A DNA stretch of 63,030 nt, the filler included, from Octopus bimaculoides (Eukaryota): NCBI RefSeq assembly GCF_001194135.2. It is 5 parts of 5 records of this genome, joined end to end, with 100 filler letters (N's around TTAATTAATTAA, not from the genome) between each part and the next. Parts side by side here need not be neighbours in the genome. Positions count along the whole stretch, not along the records: positions 23,047 to 30,424 come from NC_069010.1; positions 30,525 to 47,252 come from NC_068983.1; 3 more parts are not named here. The stretch is one strand, 5' to 3'. The notes under the pieces are model-generated. The model saw only the letters and a list, made by a program, of their open reading frames with translations. It had not been told where the DNA came from and did not search any database. Position 1 is the stretch's first letter; each line of letters begins with the position of its first letter. Positions 23,047 through 36,009 of this stretch are shown here, piece by piece. The position numbers and the translations under genes were made by a program.

Positions 23047-24544
23047 ATGAAAGAGAAAATAAAGACAGAATACTATAGACGAGTTAGATCAATACTGAAA
23101 ACAGAGCTCAATACTAAAAACAAAATAATAGGTATTAACACTTTAGCCGTCCCAGTTATAAGTTACAGCTACAATATCCTTAACTAGACACTAAATGAAC
23201 TAACCAAAATAGACAGAAAAACAATAAGAATAATGGCAGGATCTAGGATGCACCACCCAAAATCTGACATAGAAAGGCTATATATACAACGTATAGAAGG
23301 TGGTAGAGTCCTTATGCAGCTGGAAATCTATTATAAGAAGCAAGGAAAACTAATACAAATAGCCACAAACACGAACAAAACAAAGGAAGAAAAAAGAGGC
23401 CATAGAAGAAGAAGAAGAAGAAGAAGAAGAAGAAGAAGAAGAAGAAGAAGAAGAAGAAACAACAAAAGCTATAAAACAAATGAAATCCAAACTAAAACTA
23501 GAACAGCAACGGATCATTATAAAACGATGGCAAGAAAAGCCCCTTCGTGGCAAATACTGGGTTAAACTAAATACAAAAGAAATAGACAGAGAAAAATCCC
23601 AGCAATGGTTGAGAAGCTCAGGACTCAAAGCAGGGACTGAAGGATTTTTAATTGCTGCACAAGACCAAAGCTTCCCCACCAGAAATTACCAAAAACATAT
23701 AATGAAAAGAAACATAACAAGTAACTGCAGANNNNNNNNNNNNNNNNNNNNNNNNNNNNNNNNNNNNNNNNNNNNNNNNNNNNNNNNNNNNNNNNNNNNN
23801 NNNNNNNNNNNNNNNNNNNNNNNNNNNNNNNNNNNNNNNNNNNNNNNNNNNNNNNNNNNNNNNNNNNNNNNNNNNNNNNNNNNNNNNNNNNNNNNNNNNN
23901 NNNNNNNNNNNNNNNNNNNNNNNNNNNNNNNNNNNNNNNNNNNNNNNNNNNNNNNNNNNNNNNNNNNNNNNNNNNNNNNNNNNNNNNNNNNNNNNNNNNN
24001 NNNNNNNNNNNNNNNNNNNNNNNNNNNNNNNNNNNNNNNNNNNNNNNNNNNNNNNNNNNNNNNNNNNNNNNNNNNNNNNNNNNNNNNNNNNNNNNNNNNN
24101 NNNNNNNNNNNNNNNNNNNNNNNNNNNNNNNNNNNNNNNNNNNNNNNNNNNNNNNNNNNNNNNNNNNNNNNNNNNNNNNNNNNNNNNNNNNNNNNNNNNN
24201 NNNNNNNNNNNNNNNNNNNNNNNNNNNNNNNNNNNNNNNNNNNNNNNNNNNNNNNNNNNCATAGTAGGTGCCTTAGGTATAAAAAAAAATTCAGACAAAT
24301 ACATAACAAAAACACCAGGACTTACAAATATATATAACATACAGAAAATTGCACTACTGGGCACTGCACACATCCTACGCAAAGCACTTTCAATACAGTA
24401 ACCATAAGAGCATCACAGCAAACCACAGCACATACCCAAATCGCACAGAGCTGCGCTCGGTAGTGAAGTGAAAGCACGTTATAAAAATAAAACTACTGAA
24501 CAATAATAATAATAGCCATAATAAAAATAATAATAATAATAATG

Positions 24545-24576
<32 letters not shown>

Positions 24577-24578
24577 CC
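23047..24578 (+). mobile_element. R4/Dong-clade element, RT C-terminus to 3-prime end with (TAA)n tail (gapped)
   Basis: HHPKSDIERLY, GFLIAAQDQSFPTRNY, IQKIALLGTAHILRK, then (TAA)n. An internal (GAA)n expansion lies at about 23403-23458. Confidence 0.9.
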
Positions 24579-25240
24579 TTTATAGTAAAGGCACAAGTCC
24601 TGAAATTTTGCATCGACCCCAGCGCTTGACTAGTATTTTTTCATCGATCCGGAAAGAATGGTATGCAAATTCAACCTCAGCGGAATTTGAATTCAGAACG
24701 TAAAAACGGACAAAATGCCACAAGGCAATCGGAATTGAGTGTCCAGTAGAGCTGTAACAAAAGCTTTGCCTTCTTGGCGCAGCCAGAATCATGAGAAATG
24801 TGCTAAATCTTTTCTACTCTAGGTACAAGGCCCGAAATTTTGGGGAGGGGGCTAGTCGATGTGAAAGATCGACCCCAGTACACATCTAGTACTTAACTTA
24901 TCGACCCCGAAAGGATGAAAGGCAAAGTCGACCTCGGCGGAATTTGAACTCAGGACGTAACGACTGACGAAATGCCGCTAAGCATTTCACTCGGCATGCT
25001 AACGTCTTTGCCAACTTGCCGCCTTGAAGAATGTACTAAATAGATGAAAAGGACTAATATCATGATACCTTAGGTTGCACTTAAACGTTTTGTAACAACT
25101 CTGCCAGACATACCATCTCTCTATATCGTATTTAGTTCTGTCTGCCGGGGGTGAAACTTTGTATTATTGTTACAGATACGCGAGACATCTTGCGTTTATG
25201 AAATTTAAAAACAGAAATAAATATTCTCTCTGTTTTACAG

Positions 25241-25372
25241 GTTCAGGATGTGAAAGTATAGAAACATTTGATGTTGTTCCAGATGGTAATTATATTTTCA
25301 AGATCTCTGATTTAAAGCTAGGTGAAGTGATAAAAAGTGCGTATTCTGTTAGAACAAAGTATACTGCAGAAG
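25241..25372 (+). CDS. Possible phase 1-1 internal exon (GSGCESIETFDVVPDGNYIFKISDLK...), perhaps the same gene as the Ig-like exon
   Basis: Good acceptor TTCTCTCTGTTTTACAG and an open frame, but the donor (G|GTAGCA) is weak and no motif is recognised. Confidence 0.3.
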
Positions 25373-26202
25373 GTAGCATGAGAGAATCTCTCATATATAG
25401 GATTTTGGTGCAAAATGTATTCTTGCTTATATCTCAACCTTCCTTGGTCTCGTCAGTGATGGACACTAAAACCTCTGCTCTCTTTCTGTCTCATTGCAAA
25501 GTCATTTTGTTCATTAACATATCAGCGTGAAGGTCTCTTACCCCAAAGCAGCAGCTGTCGCCGTACAGGACCAGCGACAGCTTATCTATGCTGCATTTAA
25601 CTCAATCCAGTCAACAGACTATCCCTGTGACATCTGGGGCGCCTGAGCACTTGCAGCATTTGACTGCGAAGTCACATATACTCTCATCACTAAGAACACA
25701 AACTTTGTCGTCATTGAACACTGTTGGATTACCTACCAATCTATAAACACACATAGTAGATGTGTGGCAGGCGGAGGGAAAATGGTCAGAGCTGGCGACG
25801 GAATTTTGTTGACAAAGCAGAGTTATTGCAACCGACGATGACGCGTTCAACGGTGCAGACGACCCAAGCGTAAATAAACATTTACTTAAAGACTATTCTA
25901 TCTATTTTGTTGAAAGTCTACACGGGAAGAAATTCAAAAGCTGCAGGTAAAATGACATCGTTATGGGAATTTTCATTAAAACGCCCTATTGAGCTCAGAA
26001 AAATCGATGTAGAATGAGAATTATCGAATTTTCGAAAACTTCTAGCCTTATTTGAACTTCCAGGCATGTGATCTACCTATGTGCCAGAGATTTATATATA
26101 TTTATGCATATAGATCTTAATTTCAATTCTAATATTTGAAATATTAAAGATGTTGCAAAAATATACTTCAATTAAAGAATAATATTGATGTATCTTTTTC
26201 AG

Positions 26203-26451
26203 GAACAATTTGGTTAGGTGAAAGTTTGACTCTTAAAGTTAACATGCCGAAGATAATGAGGCCCATAGTTTGGAAAAGTGGTTACCATAAATACGAATGT
26301 GATAGCTTTTGCGCCGATGGTCCTAACTATAAAGTGACACACACAGAGAATACATCGACTCTCTGGATTGGAAACGTGTCTTGGGAGTTTTCAACCTGGG
26401 TGGTTTATGACTACAACCTACAAATGGGAAAAATCGATTTGGATATAAACG
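26203..26451 (+). CDS. Internal exon encoding a non-canonical Ig-like domain
   Basis: Acceptor TCTTTTTCAG, donor G|GTAAGG, 249 bp, phase 1-1. The peptide GESLTLKVN..IVWK..ECDSFC..STLWIGNVSWEFSTW has Ig B-, C- and E-strand signatures. Confidence 0.65.
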
Positions 26452-27456
26452 GTAAGGAAATTCTACTTCTTCTTTCTCCGCCTCCTTCCTTCTCTCTCGC
26501 TGATGCTTACGGAAAATACTGTCCGTGCAGTTTCCCTGTAAATATGATGCCTAACTGACGGCTGCACATCTTTAAGGCTGCACATCATCATCAACATCAT
26601 CATCGTAGTCAACAACAACAACATTCTGGTATGTGTTAGACAGTTTACCTGGGGGTGGTAACACCGGAAATCTGCACCAGTCTCCGATAGTCTCATTTAG
26701 CTTGCTTTCTCCGGGTGGATGCCCTTCCTAATGTGAACCCCTCCACAGAGTATACTGGATTGTTTTTAAGCGTCACCATCACCAGTGCTTTTTACAGGGC
26801 ACCAGCACCTACATCAAGGCATTTTATTTGGCACCTTGGTTTTAGGCGGGTCTTCTCGAGTACAGTAATGCTCCACATATCTCGGCCCTGTGCCATCTTA
26901 CAAAGTTTCAGCCTTTTGAGATCAGCCTTCATCCCATTTCTTCTGGGTCTCTCTATTCCACAACTCCCCTCCACATTCAGTAGAAAACTTACGTTTCTTT
27001 ATCTTGCGAGAAACCAATTTATGCAAAAATGTTTTTTTTCCATTCATAGTTAGTTTTTTCCTCTTCACTAAAACACACAAAACCCTGATTTTTTAATAAC
27101 ATTTTACATAACAACGGTAGACATATTTAAAATTTGAATATTTTAACCCAATCAGAAAATGGGAAGTGGCATTTTTGCATGAAAGCTATCTATGACAACA
27201 TTAGACAAAATATTCTTTTCTACTCTAGGCACAAGGCCCGAAATTTTAGGGGAAGGGGCAGTCAATTAGATCGACCCCAGTACGCAACTGGTATCTAATT
27301 TATCGACCCCGAAAGGATGAAAGGCAAAGTTGACCCCGGCGGAATTTGAACTCAGAACTTAAAGACAGATGAAATACCGCTAAGCATTCCGCCCGGCGTC
27401 CTAACCACTCTGCCAGCTCGCCGCCTTACATTACATAAAATATTACGACAGAAGTA

Positions 27457-27860
27457 ATGGTTAAAATGTTCCAAGAAGTTGTATTACACCAACTTTTACC
27501 AGCAACTGAAAATGATCGGGTGGTACTTGTATGGGAAATTATAATCTATACAGACAAAAGCTGCAACATAACTGACCAGGGATCAAAAGAATGGACTTGT
27601 ATTGACGTAGCAGTACAAGCAGAGCAAAATATTAAGACAAAAGTCGAGAAAATCAGGAAATTCAAAGACCTAGGATTGGAAGTGAAAAGAATCAATGGAG
27701 CCTCAAACTCTTGTGTGGTACCTATTGTATTCGGTGCTACTGGGCCAATGTCAAAAACAGCAATATTCTGGCATGCGAAGCTGTAAATACCAAATAAATC
27801 GGTTGACTACTACTACTACTACTACTAATAATAATGATAATAATAATAATAATAATAATA
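27457..27860 (+). mobile_element. R4/Dong REL-domain remnant with (TAA)n tail
   Basis: CIDVAV..KIRKFKDLGLEV..VVPIVFGATG followed by TAC/TAA repeats. Confidence 0.7.
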
Positions 27861-28169
27861 TCTTTCTTTATAGATAATATTAGGACTGCTGTGACTCCTC
27901 TGGAAAGAATATGTAAATAAAAGAAGAGTTCCATAATTAAATTTGTTGAACGATATTTCGGTATCTTGTATAACTTCAACTGGTTCAAAATTTGATATGT
28001 CAGTCTACTTCATTTTTTCTTTTTTTTTTTTTTTGANNNNNNNNNNTTCCTTCCAGAGGAGTCATAACAGTCCTAATATTATCTATAAAGAAAAATGAAG
28101 GTACACGAGATATCGAAATATTGTTCAACAAATTTAATTATGGAACTCTAATAATAATAATAATAATAA

Positions 28170-28643
28170 TAATAATATACAAAAGACGCCGTGACAATGT
28201 GGCAAAATTACCCATTGGGAGCTCTGTGCAAATCACTGCCTGCAAAGAGCAAAGACGTTGTATGCGCAAACTCCAGAAAATCCTGTGGGATGCAATGATC
28301 CAGTGCGATTACCTGACCAGACATCCTACCTAGCTCAGATACCAGAAAATTCAAAATGACAGAAATTCGAAAGATAGTGCTCATGGGAACTGCCCATATC
28401 CTACGTAAAATACTGTCTATGTAATCTCAAATTTTAAAACAAACTTATTATTTTCTTGTTTACTTAAACATTCTCTAGAACAATACTTTGTTTAAAACCA
28501 ATGTATGGCACAATTTTCATAACACCAACATGAACTTATAATTTGTTGTCTCTTGAGGTCTCTGGGTGAAATTTGGAGCCAGCTTGTACAAATACAAAGC
28601 AAAGGTCAAACATATGAGGATGATGATGATGATGATGATGATG

Positions 28644-28703
<60 letters not shown>

Positions 28704-29004
28704 TGAGCTGATTGCTACCTAGCTCAGATACCAGGAAACCCCAAAATAGCAGAAATTCAAAAGATAGTACTCATGGGAAATGCCCATATCCTACGTAAAA
28801 TACTGTCTATATGATCTCAAATTTTAAAACAAACTTATAATTTTCTTATGTTTTCTTAAACATTCTCTCAAACAATACTACTTGCAAAACCAAATATATG
28901 ACACCCGTGGCATAACACCAGCTTGAACTTTTAACTTGTTGTCTCTTGAGGTATCTGGATGAGACTTGGAGCCAACTTCGACAAATACAAAGCAAAAGTC
29001 AAAC

Positions 29005-29060
<56 letters not shown>
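28170..29060 (+). mobile_element. Two tandem R4/Dong 3-prime ends, each followed by (TGA/TAA)n
   Basis: About 28327-28620 and about 28715-29010 are diverged direct repeats, both encoding EIQKIVLMG(T/N)AHILRKILS. Confidence 0.85.
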
Positions 29061-29063
<3 letters not shown>

Positions 29064-29326
29064 TGAGAAGTTTCATTCTGTCGTGAAGGAGGGAAAAAAA
29101 ACCTCGTTAGTAAGTTCATGCATAACAATCAATGTGGACAGCATGATGGGAGCGCTGCAACTGTTGTTGCAAAAAAGGTAAATTCAATGTCAAAGCAAGA
29201 TGTGTTTGAAAAATTGTCTGATAGGTGGGCATAAAAACCTTTGCCTGGCAAAAATATGGATCGTAAGCAAGCTAGACACAGCCCGATCCTCGACGATTTC
29301 GGATTTGATTAATCCTCATCAGTTAT

Positions 29327-29610
29327 CCTTACCCGGTTGCCGAGGGTTAAAACTTAACTCACCTTGTCAGTTTATAGAAAATAACACAGGAACAAGTGGC
29401 TGATTCTATGCATGGTGAAGTGAAAATTATAGATTATTGAGATGGCTTTTGGCAATTTACAACCAAAAGCAGAAGTATAGTCGTCCCTAAGATGACAAAG
29501 GGAGCTGATCAGCACCAGCATTGCTAGAAATAAGAGTCAAAACAACTGTTAGCCACGCGCAAAAAACTCAAAAGTCGAGTTAAATTCTAACCCTCGGCAA
29601 CCGGGTAAGG
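29327..29610. mobile_element. Probable MITE with 34-bp inverted termini
   Basis: The outer 23 bp CCTTACCCGGTTGCCGAGGGTTA are perfectly inverted and the next 11 bp are imperfect. No TSD is obvious. Confidence 0.65.
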
Positions 29611-30524
29611 GTCCGCTTGCTGTAGGGTTCTTGTCATTTGTTAGATGAGTGCTTGCCCGTGGCTAAGAGCTGGTTTGAATCTTGAGATTTATACGAAGTG
29701 ATATGCCATAGATTAAGATAAGTTTGAGCGAATTTAGTAAATCCAAAGAGCAATTTTTGCGATCTATATGGAATTTATTGGCAGCTTCTACACTTGAAAG
29801 CGTGTCAATAACAGTTCAAGATGTCTGATCTCTGATTTAAGGCGTTTACTCCTAGAAGAGAATGAACAATTTCTCGCTCAAGCATAAATTACCCCTCATT
29901 GTACATCTCTGCTCTCCGTATCTGTATTGGGATACCTTTTGCAGAACAGACAAGTGAATTTTGAAAGGAGGATATTTTCCTTCCTTTAACTGGCCAAGAT
30001 CGTTACAATTCTATTCTCCGTATGTTTGAAAGAATCTCAAGTCAATATAGTCTGGTATTAAAAGAATTTTCCGTAATACCTGTGTATTTGTATACATATA
30101 TCAATGTGTATGTATATTTATATGTGTGTATGTATGTATATATATGTGTATATATATATATATATATATGCGTATATATGTATGTATGTATGTATAGTTT
30201 GTGTATATGTGTAAATAGTTTGTGAATGTGTGTAAATGTTTGTGTATGTGTGTATATGTACCATAAACTCGTTATTGAATTTTTAATCCATGTTATTTTT
30301 AAAATTTATACAAACTTACGCCTCTCTTAATTATTAATTAAATAATTAATCTCTTCTAGACATGCATTACTCCCTTCTTCACTCAAGGAGATTTTGGTAT
30401 TATGAAATATATTTATATCTTTTTNNNNNNNNNNNNNNNNNNNNNNNNNNNNNNNNNNNNNNNNNNNNTTAATTAATTAANNNNNNNNNNNNNNNNNNNN
30501 NNNNNNNNNNNNNNNNNNNNNNNN

Positions 30525-30935
30525 TTTATTCCTAGGTATTTATAGGTTTGTTCCTGCTCAAGTTCTTTTATTACTGTTTCGACATCTAATTCTATTGAAC
30601 TTGACTTTACTAGTTTCCCTTTCTTAAAAGTGGCTTTGGCACACTTTTCAAGGCCAAACTCCGTGCCGATATCATCACTGACTATGTAAATAGTCCCTGA
30701 AGCTCTTCATCATCTTTGCCATATAGCTTTAAATCATCCATATAAAATAGATGGCTTATTTTCTTGTTGTCAATTTTGTAGCCATACCTTGTTCTATTCA
30801 GTTCACTTGAGAGTGGTATTAGTGCTATGCAGAAAATTAGTGGTGAAAGCGAGTCACCCTGGAAAATGCCACATTATTATTGCCTTTGCACAGCCTCTAA
30901 CGCTGGAGATGTACTACGGTGTCAGCTGTTCACTA
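30525..30935 (-). mobile_element. R4/Dong reverse transcriptase core fragment
   Basis: GIFQGDSLSPLIFCIAL, HLFYMDDLKLY and YKYLGI. Confidence 0.9.
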
Positions 30936-32074
30936 CCAGTGAACTAAGTTAACACCTTTTATATTTCGAGCACCTTCTGGAGTATTCAAATGGTTCCAAG
31001 TAGTGCTGTTTTCTGCGAGTGCGCCACTTTTATTTCAGTGTATTTGTTCCATATTATTATTATTATTATTTATATTATTGAGAGGTGGTCAGGCAAACCA
31101 TCAGAATATCAGACAAAATACTTTGCTCTTTTTCCTTCGATACTTTGAATTCATTCTTTTCCCTCTGTATTCAGTTTTTCCTTTTATACGCCCCGGGGTT
31201 CAATACAGGTTTGCTTAGTAACGGAGGGTCGAGGTACTCGACTCTTTCCCTTTGTGACCTAATTTGACACAATTAACTGTATTACTATTTTAATTCACTT
31301 CATTACCATCACCACCACCGTCGTTAAAATGCTCCGTCATTGATTGTTTTCAGATGAATTCTGCGTAGTTGTTATCCTGATGATCGATTAACGTGCCTAA
31401 ATTTGAAATCTCTCCTGTTTTCCTCTGTACAAAAGCCATATTGATTATCTAACGATGTTTAATTACATAAAATCAGAGTCATTTAGATCTTCTAGCTAAT
31501 GCTCTCTCAAGTGAGCTATTTCGGTGTTTACCTTCACCTAAATTAAAATCGTGCCGATACCTTTCATTCATTTAGGATCGATAAAATAATTCTCAGTAAC
31601 ATCGACCGTTAAATCATTTCGTCTTGTGGAATATTTTAATAATAGTTGCGGTTGTTGTTATTGGTGCTGTTGTTACTGTCCTTGTTGCTGTTTAAGCATT
31701 AATCTTTTAATCGAGTATATGTACGATCATAACATCCTCCAGACTTGAGCCTACCGCGTGTTGTTCAATCACAATATATTCATGACTACACTTTTGGATA
31801 TGTCCTTCCTTTTTACTATGGAACAATGTAAGTTTAGTGAGCTTTCTTCCTTACTCTTAGTATGTCTCGCGACAGCGAGGAGCTGGTCTTGTTTGCTCTC
31901 AACGACCTCATTAGGATACCTACGTCGAAGTGGAGTAGAGATACGAGTTAACGATATAATATTCATCGTTAAAGCCATTATATTTCTGAGTATTGCCCAA
32001 AAGACAAACAAAAACTGAATCAATAACATCTCAGTAAATATCATTCTCAGATAAATTTTAAAATTTCTCTTCAG

Positions 32075-32251
32075 GTGCTGGTGGTGGTTGGAGTGGTGAG
32101 ACATACTCACCACTTGCAGGAATGTCTTTATTAAGTGGCAGCATTGGAGGAACAGGATGCCCTGGACCAAACGGACGTCACCATGCCGCCGGTGGATTTG
32201 GAGGAGGAGGCGGAGCTTGTCGTGGAGGAGGAGGTGGTGGAGGCTACAAAG
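32075..32251 (+). CDS. ALK: ALK/LTK receptor tyrosine kinase glycine-rich-domain exon
   Basis: Acceptor TTTCTCTTCAG, donor AAG|GTACAT, 177 bp, phase 1-1. It translates to GAGGGWSGETYSPLAGMSLLSGSIGGTGCPGPNGRHHAAGGFGGGGGACRGGGGGGGYKG, matching the ALK pattern GGGGGW..G.SL..G..GG..C..GGFGGGGGGC..GGGGGGY.G. Confidence 0.8.
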
Positions 32252-34443
32252 GTACATTCCTGATTGTTATCAACTTAGGCGTGACTAACTGAATGTTTGT
32301 ATCGCTTTTTTATATGACTGCTTTAGAGGAAAAGATAATGTTTCGGTAAATCGAAACCAAAACGCAGTCTCATTCCCATCTAAAAGGAAATTCATTTCAA
32401 TCCTGTTGCTAATAAATTTAGGACGTTGGATAGTAGGCTTAATCTGTCTCTCAGTTTAACTCTCCCACTTAGACCTGACCGGCTCTATTGTAATAGACTC
32501 TGTTTCAAGCAATCCTACCAGGTGTCCATTTTAAGGACAACTCTTGATTTCATCCCTCAAATCTTGGAAAGACTGGCAAATGTTGTGCTATTCTTCCTCC
32601 TATGACAAAATCATAAAAAAAATATTGGGAACGTACGAATGCCTTAAAATATTTCATTTTACTTTCGGCCAGACTATAAGATCTTGTATGTATAGGTATT
32701 AGGAACAAATAATTCATAATATGCAATTAATAGTAATTAATAGTAATTGTAAGCAATTAATAGTAATTGTGTATCAATTGGAATAAATCCCGTAACAGTA
32801 ATACTGTATAGCTAATATCAAGTCTGTAAACGGACAGAAGTTTGTACTAAGGAAATTACCATATTTCACTGATTTCCTTTGAAATGGAAAGGTAACAGAC
32901 AAAAGAGATAGGTAATCGTTAAAGTTTATTTTTATGACAGCTATTTTTGACTGTTACTTTATTTTCCTAAACGTCGAGACAAGACTGTGGTTAAGGATGG
33001 AATGAATATGGGGCTTCTATATTTTTTAATTTTTTTATTTCCGTTAATTTATTTTTGGTATTTTTTCTCATTGTATTTCATGTTTTTGTCAATGGAATAC
33101 TAAAAATAACATCATTGTCTAGGTATAAAATAAAGAGAAGCTAAAGATTATCTAGCAGTGCTTTGGACCATATTCATCTGAGACGCGTATGTACTTAACT
33201 ATTGTTGAATCGTATTAATGCAGTAATGTGTATAACATATGTAACATTCAGTAATTTTCAGCTGATAATGTGATTAAATAATTGTAGTGATTTGTGAAAG
33301 AAGCCTGTTCTTTCCATCTTCTCGTGTTAAAATTCTTTTGTATATACTCTACGGACACTTGCGTATTTCCACATGTATATTCAGTAAAAACTAGGAGTCC
33401 TACTGTATAATATCTGGTAGTTGATACCCGAAGAGGAACATTGGAGAGCACATTATAAGGTTATTATAAGGTTATCATATATATCTTGAGAGTTACTGAG
33501 AAAATGAATAAACCTAGATGTTTAAACGTGCAATATAGATTTTTTCATATATACGATCGCAATTCGCTAGTGAATCTAGTTTATTGTTTACTGCCTCTTG
33601 TTTTTTCATTTGACCAACAATTATTTATTTGTTAGATTCCGAAAAAGACATTGCAAAATATATATTCCATAGAAACCATTATATATTAACTGTTATTATT
33701 TCTTATGGTCTTAAACAGCAATACGGCTTCTGATATTTCTTTTGATATGTAACATAACCCTTGTACATGAAGGTAATAGACAAGAAGTTATAATTTCGAA
33801 ACTCCTTTTATGCCGCAATAATTCGTTGGAAATCCGCTTAATATATTGTTGCTTTATCGATTTCGGACAAACTCTATCTTCTTTACAAAGGAACGAATCA
33901 AACGTCATATGCTATAAATGTTATCAAAAGAGAATCTTAGTATTTCATGTGAGCAGGTATTTAAAATAAAAACAACATTTTATTGAAGTGGTAGTTTTAT
34001 ATTGCTAAATCTCATCTTAGGTTCAGTTGTGATAAGCTAATTTCATTATTTGAAAGGAAAACATAATGACATCTAGTGACACTAATTCACTTTCTGAATG
34101 TTACGTTAAATTTCTTGTAACCACAGACTCGGTAGGGATATGTTTCTGCGCTAGCCGATGCATTAAATGTTTATACCCCAAAACTGTCAATGTACCATGT
34201 TCGTGCACAAGGCTCTTCATTATAGCTCCGTGAACATAATAGTAAATAGATAGGATGAGGTGAGAACTGCTCACTACTAAAATCAGTATGAGCATTACAT
34301 TCTTGTCAAATGTTTCTTTAGTGCAGCATTGAATCAACGTGGAATCTTTCCGGCGCATGGCTTCTCCAAGTGTTCCTGAAATAATCAGAACGAATTGGAT
34401 TTAATTCACTCTCTTTCTTTCTCTCTCTCACTCACTCTCTCTC

Positions 34444-34479
<36 letters not shown>

Positions 34480-34607
34480 AGTATCTCTCTCTCTCTCGCT
34501 CTCGCTCTCTCTCGCTCTCGCTCTCTCTCGCTCTCGCTCTCTCTCTCGCTCTCTCTCTCGCTCGCTCTCCCGCTCGCTCTCTCTCTCTATCTCTCTCTCT
34601 CTATCTC

Positions 34608-34647
<40 letters not shown>

Positions 34648-34736
34648 CACGACACATGCGACCGAAGTATTTGTTAAAAAGAAGCAGCAACTACTACTAC
34701 TACTACTACAATAACAACAAAGTTATTTACTACCCC

Positions 34737-34769
<33 letters not shown>

Positions 34770-35518
34770 ATCTATCTATCTTTCAGAAATTAGAATGACA
34801 AAGCAATAAAAAATTATCAAATAAATAAATAAATAAATAAATGAATGACTAAATAAATATATGCATATAATCTATTATTTCTGTATTTTGATATCTATGC
34901 ACTTTTATTATGAGAGAATCATTGAGACAAATCAAGCGGATCGAACTGTGACAATAATACTGGTGACATATGTAGTACATTTCCTTTGGCTCTTAGGTTA
35001 TTTTTTGTTGTTACTTCAAATGTCACCTTAAAATGATTTAAAACTACAGTGATGATATTGCTCCTAAAACTATTATAATCTCCTACCGATTTATATATAT
35101 TCACATTGATTAAACGAAGAACACTTTGAGCTTAAATGTTAAGCATTTGATATAATATCTAACTTGGTCGAACTTCAGGGTGTTCTACTACGAAAACGTT
35201 TAAATGCATAGTAGGAGCTACATAGTGGATCAACGTATGTGAATTTTGGACACGCAATTTTAATTTATCTCAGCAAGATATTGAATCACATAGAGTATTG
35301 TTGGGATATTTGGGAGGACCTCGTACATACCACAGAAAGAAAATGTGAAATATTTAACGCAAGTTACTACGCCGTATATCTAGAGGTTTTTCATTTGGTT
35401 ATTTTATATGAAATTGTTTGTATTGTATTTATTATATGTATGTATATATTCTTTTAATCTTTTTACATATGTGTTTTTACGTTGGATTGTAGTTGTATAG
35501 ATGCACGTTTGTATCTCT

Positions 35519-35610
<92 letters not shown>

Positions 35611-35949
35611 ATATACATACAGATATAGGGCAGGGAATCGTCAATTAGTAATAAAATTAATAATTAACAATTTTGCCAAGTAGTCCAGTATGAAAAAACC
35701 TTTATCGGTAAAACCATTTATAATCATTTATAATGTTCTGTGTGTGCCATAAATATCGCCGTCCGTTAGAGAAAAAAATTGTAGTTTGGAATCAGTAGTT
35801 CTTTGACTGCTATTTCTAAATTTTCAGTATGTTGGAGAAGCAACTCCTGCTAATCCCTGTATATTTATGTATATATATATATATGTATTTATACATATAC
35901 TTCTATATAAAAATATTTACGTATATATATCTACATATATATGTACATA

Positions 35950-36009
<60 letters not shown>

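Noticed and set aside
31743-31827. Possible 85-bp exon (CAG acceptor, GTAAGT donor) upstream of the ALK exon
   Set aside because: The peptide is not ALK-like and its phase 2 end is incompatible with the phase 1 ALK exon.
26203-32251. Chimeric Ig plus ALK glycine-rich gene (both exons phase 1-1, same strand)
   Set aside because: An artificial linker at 30469 separates them, and there is no transcript evidence.
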